Assembly (NCBI RefSeq): GCF_963921235.1
Contig: NC_086097.1
Location: forward strand, 54,190,001 to 54,254,000
DNA length: 64,000 nt
Source of the DNA: Mobula hypostoma
Taxonomy: Eukaryota
Direction: 5' to 3'
Shown here: in pieces, positions 1-12,520 of the stretch
Numbering within the stretch: position 1 is the first letter of the stretch
How the letters are laid out: each line of letters begins with the position of its first letter
Notes under the pieces: generated by a model
Databases searched by the model: none
What the model was told of the DNA's origin: nothing
What the model saw: the letters and a program-made list of their open reading frames with translations, nothing else
Translations under genes and position numbers: made by a program

Positions 1-129
1 CATGCTCTCGGGCCTGGGCCCTGAAGCCTTGACTCTGCCTCACCTCAGTTCTGCCACATCGAATCACCTCCATCTGCTCCAGCAATGGTCATAACCTTGC
101 TTTTAACTAACATCTTCTTGTCTTTTAGC

Positions 130-238
130 GTCATGTTTACTTTCATGTTTGTAATTTTATCCCATTGTAAAGAACTTTGAATTGCATCATCTGCATGAAA
201 AGTGCTCTATAAATAAAGTTATTATTATTATTATTATT
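130..238 (+). mobile_element. 3' end of an L2-type LINE or SINE with (ATT)n tail
   Basis: TGTAAAG..CTTTGA..TGAAAAGTGCTCTATAAATAAAG followed by (TTA)n, a typical L2-clade 3' terminus. Confidence 0.55.
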
Positions 239-1206
239 CAGAGAATGGTAAATTCTCCACCTTGGAGGGCTATGGAAGCTCAGTCAGTGATTGTATCTGT
301 TATGATCTTATCAGATGATGGAGCAGTAGGAGGAATCAAATGGTCTGCTGCAGTTTCGAATTCCTTGTTGTTGGATTCCTTGAGATAGAGCTTCTGGGCT
401 AATAGTGCCATTAAAATTGGAGGTTGGGATGTTATGTTGCAGTTTGTTCACTACTGAGTGCTGATGGCAACAACCAGCAGATAAGTTAACAGCAAAGCAT
501 TACAGAGCCTTATCCCATCACCTGGCAATCATGCATGTACTTTCAGCAGGGATTGCTGGATAGCATTCAGGAGTAAAGCCCCTGATGGGTTATACTATTT
601 TAAACCAAGTGTGCTAAGTTCAACCGCAAAACTCTTACCTCATCCCAGTTGAGATGAGTCTACTCTGCTCAGAGAAAAGTTTGAACCTGGGTTCTCTCTG
701 GTCTATACATGCTCACTGGTATTCAGAAGGATGAGGAAAACCTACCTAACATTAGAAGACTTGGATAGAGTGAATATTTCCTATGGTGGGTGAGTCTAGG
801 ACCAGAGCGGACAGCCTCAGAATGCAAAGATGTCCCAATGCAGTAGAACAATGTGATTGTGCAATCCAATTTCTAGGTAATTTTTTTGTAAAATGCCGAG
901 AGCTGGCAGGTGTACTTCAGTACCACAATAGTTGGATATCACCTTTTGTATTGACTGAACACTGCTGTAGATGGCAATTCAAGTTCAAGTTTAATTGTCA
1001 TTCAGCTATATACATGAACACAACCAAACAAAACAGTGTTCCTTTGGCATGAATGAGGACCTGGTTGGTGCAACAACTGAAGCCACACAGCTTCTCACCA
1101 ATGAACCAGTGAATATGACTCGTAGCATTCTACACTACCAACGCTCAACAGGGTCTTGCAATCATAACAAAAACATCCAAGATAATCACCTGCACCGTCC
1201 GTTGGA

Positions 1207-1336
1207 TCACACGCTGAGCTCCCGGCTGAAGTAGGCTGCAAAAACAGTACACACCAGGTACAGTTCCACCACCATCCAGCAACTCGCTAGGGGGGTAGGT
1301 CTGCAATACTTGGCGTTCTTGATAACCGGCAGTGAC
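1207..1336 (-). CDS. Candidate terminal coding exon of an unidentified host gene with a hydrophobic C-terminus
   Basis: Minus-strand acceptor catcctttccatctttttcacAG, then an open frame (R)SLPVIKNAKYCRPTPLASCWMVVELYLVCTVFAAYFSRELSV*. Non-repetitive, with CpGs retained. No homology recognised. Confidence 0.25.
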
Positions 1337-1814
1337 CTGTGAAAAAGATGGAAAGGATGAACTACAAGTTTGAATAAAGCAGATGGTCCCCATGGCTTTG
1401 CTTCCCTTCGAACTAGAACCAATGAGAAAGGAACCACCTAGAGCTACCATCAGTGTCATTTTCAGGTAATGTGCTGTACAGATTTATCTGTTGATGTGGC
1501 AGAATCAATAACTGCTGATTGTATTTCTGGGTGTCGGATGCAGAGAGTCCAATACGGGACGTGTAGGCTCTGCACATCCCATATTGACTCTGAGTAGGAT
1601 AAGTAGCTTGGGACATTGCATGCTCCTTTGTTCTTTATAAATGATCTCTGCACGTACCTATCACAGATAATCAAATAGTCAGTGCCTTTACAGGGGCTCT
1701 TTGTCCATTCCCAAGGATCAATGAGGATGTTACAAATTTTAAGGAAAATTGTGGATACAGTATATTTGAATTGTATTGGTTCCTGTTTTGGGGATAGGGA
1801 GGATGATCAGATAT

Positions 1815-1945
1815 TAGCAGTCCAGATGAAGAATCTCAAACCAAAGGTCGACTGTCCGTTTCCTCCACAGATGCAGTATGATCCACTGAATTCCTCCAGC
1901 ATTTTGTTTGCTGCTCAGATTCCAGCATTGACAGCTTCCTGTGGC
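1815..1945 (+). mobile_element. Degenerate Penelope-derived pLTR fragment
   Basis: gtccagatgaagaatctc...ggtcgactg...agatgc...ttcctccagcattttgt...ttccagcat aligns by eye to the better PLE ends at 50439 and 51800. Confidence 0.6.
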
Positions 1946-2473
1946 TTTAGGGAGCAGTTGATGGGATGGGAGAGTAAATGCTAGCAGTCAGGGAGCAATT
2001 GCTGGACCACTGGGGTAGTTGGGTAACTGGCACATGGTCAGAGAGTGATTGCTATGCCTTCCCAGACAGTTGAAAACCACATGTTAAATTGTTGGGACTC
2101 GTTGAGACTGATGACCTAGAAGAGAGTGGCGCTGGAAGGGGATTGGTTGGTTCTTTTGCAAAGAAAGAAGCAGAGAGCTTTGAGGCCTTTTGATGGGGAT
2201 TAGAAGTGTACCCAGCCTCCACTGCATCCGTTCCCAGGATGTGGCTTTCCATTTCAGGACATCAGAGAAATAACCCTTCCTCCACTATTGATGCTGCCCT
2301 CACCCATATCTCCTCCACTTCCTGTACATCTGCTCTCCCCCGCCCCACCTTCCCACCACCATAATAGTGATAGAGGCCCTCTTGTCCTTACCTACCACCC
2401 CATCATCCTCTGCGACTTCCACCATCTCCAAAGGGTTCCTACCAGGATACATATCTTTACCTCTCCCCCTTCC

Positions 2474-2845
2474 TGTCATGGTCCCATCTGGCTGTCCCCC
2501 ATCTTGCTCCTATCTCCTTGATTATGCCTTAATTCCAGTCATTATATTCCCAATTGCTGCTAGTTCACTTAATTACAGCACACCTGGTTTCCATCAGAGA
2601 CTGCAAGATAAGAACTCTAGCATCACAACCACAGGTCGCCAGTTTGTTGGCTGACTCCAGTGTGTATTAACCTCATTTCCTGATCTCTTAGGACCATTAG
2701 TTCAAAGCTCCACTCCATTCTCTAGATATTCTACGAAAACTTTGTCTCCAAGTCAAGACTCCCCAGGTTATCTGTTCCACACTCGACCCTGTCCCCCTGC
2801 CTGTGTCCTGCGCTTGGGTTCATCCCCAGACCCTCCCTTGCAACA
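2474..2845. mobile_element. Solo LTR (372 bp)
   Basis: TGTCA...CAACA termini with an exact 5-bp TSD CTTCC (2469-2473 and 2846-2850). It interrupts the PLE. Confidence 0.8.
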
Positions 2846-2979
2846 CTTCCACTTTCAGCAGGGATTGCTCCCTCCATGATTCCCTTGTCCATTCATCCCT
2901 CCCCACTAATCTCCCTCCCAGCACTCGTACCTGCAAGCAGCCTAAATGCGACACTTGCCCATACACCTCCACTGTCACC

Positions 2980-4143
2980 TACCAACACAGCCGATCGACA
3001 GATGACGCAATATGCTGTCCTTACACATCTGGAGAAGAGGGATACTTATGTGAGAGTGCTGTTCTTCGACTGCAGTTCAGCATTCAACACCATAATTTCC
3101 TCCAGTCTCGACAAGAAACTCAGAGACCTCAGCATTCACCCTGCCTAGTGTAGCTGGATCCTGGACTTCCTGTCAGATTGCTGACAGCTGGTAAGAGTGG
3201 GCTCCCTCACCTCCAACCCTCTGACCCTTAGGGCTATGTACTAAGCCTCCACCTTTACTCCCTGTATGCCCATGACTGTGTCGACACCCACAGCTCCAAT
3301 CTGCTAATTAAATTTGCAGATGATACCACATTGATTGGCCTTATCTCAAATAATAATGACGCAGCCTACAGAGAAGAAGTCATCACCATCACAGTGGCGA
3401 AAAGAAAACAACCTCTCCCTCAATGTTGCAGAAACAAAGGAGCTGGTTGTGGACTACAGGAGGAATGGAGACAGGCTAACCCCTATAGACATCAACGGAT
3501 CTGGGATTGAGAGGGTGAACAGCTTTAAGTTCCTCAGCATAAACATCACCGAGGATCTCATCTGCTCTGTACATACCAACCGTGTGGTGAAAAAGGCACA
3601 ACACCTCAGACGGCTGAAGAAGTTTGGTATGGGCCTCCAAGTTTTAAGAACTTTCCACAGGGGCACAACTGAGAGCATCCTGACTGGCCGCATCACTCCC
3701 TGGTATGGGAACTGTACCTCCCTCAATCACAGGACTCTGCAGAGAGTGGTGCGGACAGCCCAGCATATCTGTAGATGTGAACTTCCCACTATTCATGACA
3801 TTTACAAAGACAGGTGTGTAAAAAGGGCCTGAAGGATCACTGGGGACCCAAGTCATCCCAACCACACACAGTTCCAGCTGCTACCATCCAGGAAACGGTA
3901 CCGCAGCATAAAAGCCAGGGCTAACAGGCTCCGGGACAGCTTCTTCCACCAGGCCATCAGACTGCTTAATTCATGTTGACACAACTGTATTTCTATGTTA
4001 TACTGATGATCCCATTGTACATAATATTTATTATAAATTGCACATTGCACATTTAGATGGAGACGTAATATAAAGATTTTTACTCCTCACGTATATGAAG
4101 GATGTAAGTAATAAAGTCAAGTCAATTCAGTTCAATTCAATTC
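2980..4143 (+). mobile_element. 5'-truncated Rex1/Babar LINE (RT and 3' tail)
   Basis: YVRVLFFDCSSAFNTI, KFADDTT and NNLSLNVAETKELVVDYR motifs. AATAAAG followed by a (CAATT)n tail. Confidence 0.88.
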
Positions 4144-4718
4144 ATTCAGGACCCCAGGCAGTTCTTCCAGGTGAGGCAACATGTCACCTGTGTACCTGTT
4201 GGAGTTGTCTATTGTGTCTGGTGCTCCCGATGTGGCCTCATCTACAATGGTGAGATCCATCATAAATTGGAGCACCTCCACACCGTTCGGCAAAAGTGGG
4301 ACTTCCCAGTGGTCAAATATTTTAATTCCGATCCCCATTCACATTCCATCATGTCAGTCTATGGCTTCCTCTTGTGCCAAAACGAGGCCACCCTCAAGGT
4401 AGAGGAGCAACACCTTATATTCCGTCTGGGTAGCCTCCAACCTGATGGCATGAATATCAATTTCTCATTCTGGTAAACAAATTTCCCCCTACCACCTCTT
4501 CCTCTATTCCCCACTCTAACTCTTCTCAACTGCCTATTATTTCCCACCTGGTCCCTTCCTCCTTCCCTTTTTCCTTTTGTCCACTTTCCTCTCCAATCAG
4601 ATTCCTTCTTCACCAGTGCTCTACCTTTCCCACCCACCTGGCTTCACCTATCACCTTCCAGCTAGCCTCTTTTCCCTCCCACCATCTGTTTATTCTGGCA
4701 TCTTCACCCTTCCTTCTC

Positions 4719-4754
4719 AGTCCTGAAGAAGGGTCTCAGCCTGAAACGTCATCT
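4719..4754 (+). ncRNA. Minimal hammerhead ribozyme motif (PLE pLTR)
   Basis: agtc-CTGAAGA-A-gggtctcagcct-GAAACGTC. Core intact, stem I partly decayed. Confidence 0.6.
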
Positions 4755-5316
4755 ATTTATTCATTTCTATAGATGCTGCCTGACCTGCTGTTCCTCCAGC
4801 ATTTTGTGTGTGTGATCTAGAAGACATGCTGTCTTCTGGACTCAACAGTTCCATCAGTTGTTTAAACTCTGTTGCATTGCAGCAATATTAAAACAAAGCC
4901 TGGAGTTCAAGTTTCATCAAGCTGACTTAATTTTACCACCATAAACATGTTTGAAGCATTTTGTCTGTGTTGCTCTGAAGTTTCAGCATCTGCAGAATAA
5001 CGTGTTTATTAGTGCTGTAGTTACGACAACAAAAAGCAGCTCATGTATTTACGATTAAAGCAAAGAAGATAAAAACAAATGTGTAACAAATTGAGCAAAT
5101 TTGTTCTTCTACTGTGCCAACAGACATGGTTTGTAATACATTCATTAGCCAATGGTTAACTTTTCTCAAGCACTTTAGTTATGAATACAAAGGACCACAA
5201 GCTTATCAACTGAAGGCCCAAAAGACAGTTAGAGATAAGTGCACAATATATGATCCAGTTCAAATAAATAAAATCATTAAAGCAACCAGTATTGATGAGG
5301 CAACTTTGTGAACTTT

Positions 5317-5607
5317 GAGGGGGGATAGTTTTAAGGTGCTTGGAAGTAGGTACAGAGGGGATGTCAAGGCTAAATTTTTCACACAGAGAGTGGTGGGTAT
5401 GTGGAATGCACTGCCAGTGATGGTGGTGGAGGCGGATACAATAGGGTCTTCTAAGGATTTCTTAGACAGGTAGATGGAGTTTAGAAAAATAGAAGGCTAT
5501 AGGGTGGGGAAATTCTAAGCTGTTTGTAGAGTAGGTTACATGGTCAGCACAACATTGTGGGCTGAAGGGCCTGTAATGTGCTGTAGATTTCTATGTTCTA
5601 TGTTCTA
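5317..5607 (+). mobile_element. CR1 LINE 3' fragment
   Basis: ttcacacagagagtggtgggtatgtggaatgcactgcca...gggctgaagggcctgta...(TTCTATG)n tail. Confidence 0.8.
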
Positions 5608-7048
5608 GTGTCAATTTTTGCCTAAGCTACACAAACTGTTTGACTTTTTTTGTAAATTATATGTGACAGAATGAATTGTATTAGAGCTATTAAGTCACTA
5701 CTAGTAAAAATAATAAGCATACAAATAATCTCTTTCACATTTTAATAGTTTGGCATTTAACACCCACATGTTCAACAATATCAATGATTAAGCAGTTGTC
5801 GAGGTTCCAAGTAACAAGTTAAAAACTTGACCTATGTGTGGTATTCAATTCCTCCATAAAGTAAGATCAAAAACAAATCGAGCAATATAAATACTTTCCA
5901 AGATCAAGGCAACAGAGAGAAGCGGGTAAAAGTGTAGCCAATTGACAATATATGGTAAGGGGTGTTATCCTGCCTCATCCTTCTGAACATCAGTATGTCA
6001 GAGAGAACCCAGGTGAAATAATGTCTGATTCATTCACACTCACACTGTAGGAAGTAGCATTAGCTACACTCCCTGTCCCCCTAAATATAAACTAAGATTA
6101 TATAATATTATATTCCTTATAAAATCAAGCAACATTCCATTCACATCCTAACCATAAGTTTAAGGATTAATGTTTGGACCTTTAGTTTTGCTTTAGGGTA
6201 TTTAAATATTTGCAGATTTCTGCTGCTCCAAGCTTCAGCTTCAGCCTATAAACCCCCATGACAATAACCTTTCTAGGTTAACTCATTGAAGACAACTTAA
6301 AAAGCCATTTCAAAGAAGTTGAAATACTCATCCTTATGTGATCTTGGTGAAAAATAATGGATTTGTACTATTGACCCTTTGATCTTCTCTCCCAGTGGGA
6401 AGTGTTTTACTTCCATTCAGCTTTTCTCCCAGACAGTCGAGATAAGATCAAGAATTCTTTAGCTTGGGAACTGTGCCCAGGCACTAATCGCACTCCCTTT
6501 CTATTGAGACAATGATATTCTGCATCACCTTCAGGACCAAATATTTTTTCCAGGTTTTGATGCTCTCGACCTTCAATTTTTACAAATTTCAATTCTAACA
6601 CCAAATCATAAATATATCCAGCAAAAAAAAAGTGTATTTGTGTCCTTGTGCAGCTTTTCTGCATGCTTTGTTCATGATCATAAACCTCTTACAACGATGG
6701 AAAATTGCTTGAAGGTGAACAAAATGCTGGGAATGTGAGGAGCAAAGTAAATTTTTTGGTAAATAGTTAATCATTCTATTTCTGCGGAAGGGGGTAAAAT
6801 TAAAGACAAACCACTTTATATTTCTGATTTATCCTTTAGAAAAGGAATTTTGATGTTCAGTTCGATAACCAATTTAGTTAATAAGTCTACTGATATGTTC
6901 CTTCCTGCTGGTCCTACAAGACCAGATGCCTAGTACTAAAAAGTGGGCCTGGAAAGGGCAGTGCTTTATTAACCAGCACAAACAGAAAGAGCCAAACAAA
7001 TGGCCTTCTTCCAAGCTGTAAATATTCTTTCATTCTATGATTGTAAAG

Positions 7049-10000
7049 CCTCCCTATGCGCTGTTCCTTATCGTGATGGGGAGGTTTGAGTGCCTTAGTG
7101 ATCCTGGGAGCTATGCCAGCTGGGACTTCAGTCCCTGGTAGGTTCAGCCTTGCTGGGCAGGTTCCAGGTGAAGGGCCAGATGAATACAGCACCTGGTCCT
7201 CCAGGCTGGGGGTTGGGCGTAGGGCCAGCAACCCTACCCTCTAAAATCTTTACCGCTACAGAAACCGAAACAAGGAGATTTATTGATGCCGGTGAGAGGA
7301 GTGGAGCAGAACTGGGTACAGAAATTATGATGGACGGAGATCAATGCCACCAGAACATCTCCGGACGGAGAGCTGATTTTCTTTCACCCAAAGAAACTAT
7401 CCATATTGGATGCTGAAGTGTTTGAACTTCATATCAAACTGGAAAGCTTGCACAGACTATTAAAGAGATGCATAACTACTGACTGCAGTTGCTTGGAATA
7501 CAAGAAACGCATTGGACAGATTCTGGAAAGCGACCCCTAGCATCTGGCGATACAATCATATGGTCAGGCCGCAAGGACAACCACCATTTTCAAGGTGTGG
7601 CACTCTTCATGGACAAGGATGCCTCGAGGGCCTTATTAGAATGGAACCCCATCTATGAGAGACTCCTGTATGTTTGTTTAAACTCTACGTTCGCTAAACT
7701 GTCCATAATTGTGGTATATGCACCTACTGAAGATGCGAAAGAAGAAACTAAAGATGAGTTTTATAACAGCCTTCAAGCTGCTGTAGAAAAGATCCCGAAA
7801 CACGATGTGCTCATTGTAATGGGGGACCTTAATGCAAGAGTTGGGAGTGAAAACAGTAATCGCGGAAGGCATGGCGTTGGAGTCATGAATGACAATGGTG
7901 AAAGACTTTGTGACTTTTGTGAAATGAACCGTCTTACAGTAGGAGGCACCATTTTCCAGCATAGAGAGATCTATAAACTCACGTGGAAATCCCCCGATGG
8001 GAAAACAGAGAGTCAGACTGACCATATCATTATCAACAACAAATGGAAGAGATCACTCAACAATGTTCGGGTAAAAAGGCCAGCGGATGTTGGCAGCGAT
8101 CACCATCTCCTTGTAGCAAAAGTGAAACTAAAATTGAGGAAAGTGAGAATGGGCTTAGGCAGAGGCCAACACTGCGATTCCAGCAAACTTCAAAACTTTG
8201 AGATGCAGAGAAAATTTACACTCAAACTTACAGACAGATTTAGCATACTTGGCAAAGATACTGACATGACAATCCACGACTTTAATAATGTGATGAAGGA
8301 ATCTAGTAAAAAGATCCTGAGATACCAAAAGAAACGGAAAGAAGAATGGATTAGTGAGACAACCTGAATGAAAATAACGAAAAGGAAAGAAACCAAGAAA
8401 AGGATGCTGAGTACAACTTCCTGTCGCCCGAAGGAGAGACTTGCTGCTGAATATGCCAGGAATGACAAGGATGTTAAACGAAGCTGCAGAAAGGACAAGC
8501 AACAGTATTTTGAGACACTTGCCTCAAAAGCTGAAGAAGCTGCAAAAAATATGGATGTGAGAACATTATACAAAATAACCAAGTGCATGAAGGGGAACTA
8601 TGGAAATAAGCATGATATCACTATAAAAGCAAAGGATGGCAATATTACCAAAAATGAGAAAGGAATAACCACCAGATGGAGAGAACATTTTGAAGCAGTT
8701 TTGAATAGACCAACACCTCGAGAAACCCCTGAAAGACCTTGATATCTCCACGGAACCACCTACAGATGAAGAAGTCTAGCAAGCCATCAAGAAAATGAAA
8801 TCAGGAAAGGCACCCAGAGAAGATGAGATAAGTGCAGAAATGCTTCAGGGAGGTGGCAGAGAAATGTGCCGTGTGCTGTGTCAAATCTTTAACACCATCT
8901 GGAAAAGTGAAGAAATGCCCGAGGAGTGGAAAACTGGACTTATTGTAAAACTGCCAAAGAAAGGAGATTTAAGTATATGCAACAACTGGAGAGGTGTTAC
9001 ACTCCTCTCAATTACAAGCAAAGTTTTCAGTCGCATCTTGTTAAATCGGCTCTCAGAGGTTGTAGAAGATATCATTTAGAAAGAACAAGCTGGCTTTAGA
9101 AAAGGTCAATCTTGCATAGACCATATATTCGTACTAAGACAAATTCTCAAACAATCTGCAGAGTGGAACAGCAATCTTTATGTTCTATTTGTGGACTTCG
9201 AAAAAGCATTTGACAGTACCCACCGAGAAACACTCTGGAAAATTTTAAGATACAGATTTCCCCAAAACATTGTCAACATTATTCAAATGATGTACAGTGA
9301 CTTTCAGTGCAAGGTGATTTGTGGAAAACAACTGACAGAAAGCTTCAGGGTATGCACAGGAGTTAAACAGGGATGTATACTATCACCTTTTCTCTTCATT
9401 TTAGCAATGGATTGGCTAATGAGGGAAACAATCACAGAAAAGAACTGGGGTATTCAATGGACACCTACCTCAACATTTGAAGACCTAGTTTTTGCTGATG
9501 ATATTAGTCTGCTAGCGAGTCGTCATTGTGACATTCAGGAGAAATCAGACAGTCTTACATCACATGCATCACAACTTGGGATGAACATTCAAGTGAGAAA
9601 AACAAAGATCATGAAGATGAACGCTTCCAACCTCCAAGCAGTAATGATCAATAATCAGCAAGTGGAAGAGGTAGATGAGTTCACGTACCTTGGGAGTAAA
9701 GTCAGCACTGATGGAGATAGTGGTAAGGATGTATTAGCAAGACTATCTAAAGCAAATCAAGCTCTTGGCAGCCTCAATGCATTTTGGAAATCCACACAAC
9801 TCAGACTTAACACCAAAATCAGAATTTTTAAAAGCAATGTCCTAAGCGTGCTGCTTTATGGAAGTGAAAGTTGGAAGATGACGAAAGATATCTGCAAGAA
9901 ACTTGACACGTTCCAGACAAAATGTCTACGACGTATCAAGAAGATCTTCTGGCCTGAGAAAATCAGAAACTAAGACTTGCTTACATCTTGCAATATGGAA

Positions 10001-10281
10001 TCAATCTCAGTTTGTGTGAAAAGAAGACGATGGAGATGGCTGAGCCATGTAATGATATTGCCAAATGATCAACGAGCAAAGGTAGCACTAAGGTGGACCC
10101 CACAGGGAAAGAAAAGTAGGGGCAGGCCCAAGATGACGTGGCGAAGATCTGTGGAAGTAGAACTGAAAGAAGTAGGCATGAACCGGGTAACGGCGAGCAG
10201 CAGAGCGAAAGACCGGCAGAAATGGAAGACCCTTGTGGATGTGTCATGTGCCAACTCGGTACTAAGGGTTCAGACGGACGG
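7049..10281 (+). mobile_element. Full-length, inactivated RTE-clade LINE (APE endonuclease and RT)
   Basis: Exact 12-bp TSD ATGATTGTAAAG (7037-7048 and 10282-10293) and a (GACG)n tail. APE motifs GIQETHW, YAPT, MGDLNA and SDH; RT motifs DFEKAFD, GVKQGCILSP, FADD and YLGS. Several stops and frameshifts. Confidence 0.95.
7327..10260 (+). pseudogene. Disrupted RTE endonuclease/reverse-transcriptase ORF
   Basis: ORF pieces 7150-7416, 7489-8367, 8368-8742, 8795-9079, 9191-9973 and 9977-10285 join into one RTE polyprotein. The start codon is approximate. Confidence 0.88.
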
Positions 10282-10679
10282 ATGATTGTAAAGAGGGAAA
10301 AAAATAATGAGTGTGAGGAAATTTTTATTTTCAGTAGGAGGTGATGGGTGACAGGAAGTGGTAACCTTGGTCTTGAAAATTGTTGAAGACAAAGCAGGAT
10401 ATTTGTAGCTATGTGGCTAAGTGTTGTAGTTAAAGCAGAGGAATGGAAGGAATTTAGGGTTTTGCTGGGGTGTTGGACGTAACTAGGTCAACAAGTCAGT
10501 TTGTTTCTCACTTAAACATTATTGACTGAATATAAATATTTCAATAACCTTCACATAGTCACAGTCTGAAAAATTATACCTTTGAAATATCCATTTCTAC
10601 TTATAATTTTTAAAATCGCACATTTCTGGATCGATTTTATCCTTAATGCAGTTTCAAACATTTGACATTTGTCATTGAG

Positions 10680-11240
10680 ACACATTGGTCTATGGCCTCC
10701 TCTATTGCCATAATGAGCCATAGTCATGTTGGAGGTGTGACACACCATATTCCATCGGGGTAACCTCCAACCTGATGGCATAAACATCAATTTCTTTAAT
10801 TTGTGGTAATATCTCCTCCTGCCCCTTCTTTCTTTTTCCATTCAACATTCTGGCTTCCCTCGCATCTCTTCTCCTTCCCTGTCCATTACCTCTCTCTGGT
10901 GCTCCTGTCCTTCCCTTTCTTCAATGTTCCACTGTCCTCTCCTATCAGATCCCTTCATCTTCAGCCCTTCACTTCTTTACCTATCACGTCCAAGCTTCTT
11001 ACTTCATCCTGCTCTTGAACTACCACCTTCCCCCTCAACTGGTTTCACATATCACCTGCCAGGCTCTACTCCTCCTCCTCTCCCCTCCTCCTTATTCTGG
11101 TTTCTTTCCCCTTCCTTTCTGGGCAGGATGAAGGGTCTCAACACAAAACGTCAACTATTTATTCCTCTGCAGAGATGCTGCCTGACCTTCTGAGTTCCTC
11201 GTGTGAGTTGGTCAAGATTCCCAGAATCTCTTGTGTTTTT
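10680..11240 (+). mobile_element. Penelope-like element 3' fragment (GIY-YIG end and pLTR)
   Basis: ctccaacctgatggcataaacatc (LQPDG.NI), a pyrimidine-rich UTR, and a degenerate hammerhead at about 11121-11156. Confidence 0.8.
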
Positions 11241-11639
11241 CAATGAGAAGTACTGCACTTGAGAGAATCTCCAATCCATCTCTTCTTACACAAGTTATCT
11301 CTAATCTTGTAGTTCTTTTCTAATCTACTTCATTTCAAAGAATACTAGATATGCCCCCAGTGACCACTTTATTAGGCACAGGAATGGAATCAGGTGTGGT
11401 CTTCAGCTGCTGTAGCTCATCCATTTCAAGTTTCAACCAGTTGTGCATCCAGAAATGCTTCTCTGCACTCCACTACTGTAACGCATGGTTATTGAAGTTA
11501 CTGTTGCCTTGCTGTCAAGCTTGAACCAGTCTGGCCATTCTCCTCAGACATTTCTCATCAACAAGGCATCTTTGCCCACAGAACTGCCACTCAGTAGATT
11601 TTTTTTTGTTTCTCACACCATTTTCTGGTGGACATGAAA

Positions 11640-12475
11640 AGTTCAAAGTAAGTTTATTATCAAAGTACATATACGTCACCATATACATCCGTGACATTCA
11701 TTTTCCTGCGGGCATACTCAATAAATCGAATAACCATAATAGAATCAAAGAAAGACCACACCAACAGGGCAGACAACCAATGTGCAAAACACAACAAACT
11801 ATGCAAATACAAAAAGAAAGAAAAAAAGGAAATAATAATAATCAATAAATAAGCAATAAATTAAGAGAACATGAGATGAAGAGTCCTTGAAAGTGTACTT
11901 CATAAAGTGTGCGAACTGTTCAGTGATGGAATGAGTGAAGTTGAATGAAGTTTATCCCCTCTAGTTCAGAAGTTCTGATGAATGAAGGGTAATAACTGTT
12001 CCTGAACTTGGTGGGGTGAGTCCTGAGGTTCCTGTACCTTCTTGCAGATGGCAGCAGTGAGAAGGCAGCGAGAATTAGGTGGTGGGGGTTCCTGATGACG
12101 GATGCTGCTTTCCTATGACATCACTTCATGTAGGGGTGCTCAATGGTGAGGAGGGCTTCAGCCATGATGAACTAGGCCATATCCATTACTCTTTGTGGGA
12201 TTCAAGGATGTTAGTGTTTCCATTCCAGACTGTGATTCAGCCAGTCACTATACTCTCCACCACACACCTATAGAAGTTTGTCGAAGTTTTACACGTCATG
12301 CCGAATCTTCGCAAACTCCTGAGGAAGTAGAAACGTTACTGTGCTTTCTTCGTAATTGTACTTGTGTGTTGGGTCCAGGACAGATCCACTGAAATGATAA
12401 CACTGAGGTACTTAAATCCCAGGAGGTCAGAAGTTTCAGAGGACAGGTCCTTTGAAATGATAACACTAAGGAATA
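11640..12475 (-). mobile_element. Rex1/Babar LINE 3' fragment
   Basis: The minus strand encodes the LLPS.RRYR-type C-terminus. The tail aagttcaaagtaagtttattatcaaagtac lies at the left end. Confidence 0.8.
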
Positions 12476-12520
12476 CTACATACCGGCTATGTGGTGAAAA
12501 AGGCACAACAGCGCCTCTTT

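Larger units (their letters stand above)
2230..4812 (+). mobile_element. Penelope-like element remnant (C-terminal RT region, GIY-YIG endonuclease, pLTR) interrupted by a solo LTR and a Rex1 LINE
   Basis: PLVLTYHP (2288 ORF), FSRDCSLHDSLVHS..CKQPKCDTCPY (2803 ORF) and VVYCVWCSRCGLIYNGE..EHL..EEQHLIFRLGSLQPDGMN (4171 ORF) are PLE/GIY-YIG motifs. Ends in a hammerhead-bearing pLTR. Confidence 0.85.

Noticed and set aside
1462..1674. ORF with RSFIKNKGACNV, resembling the Kir channel N-terminal motif
   Set aside because: Downstream Kir motifs (D.FTT.VD..W and the TM1 helix) are absent and the frame stops early, so this is a chance resemblance.
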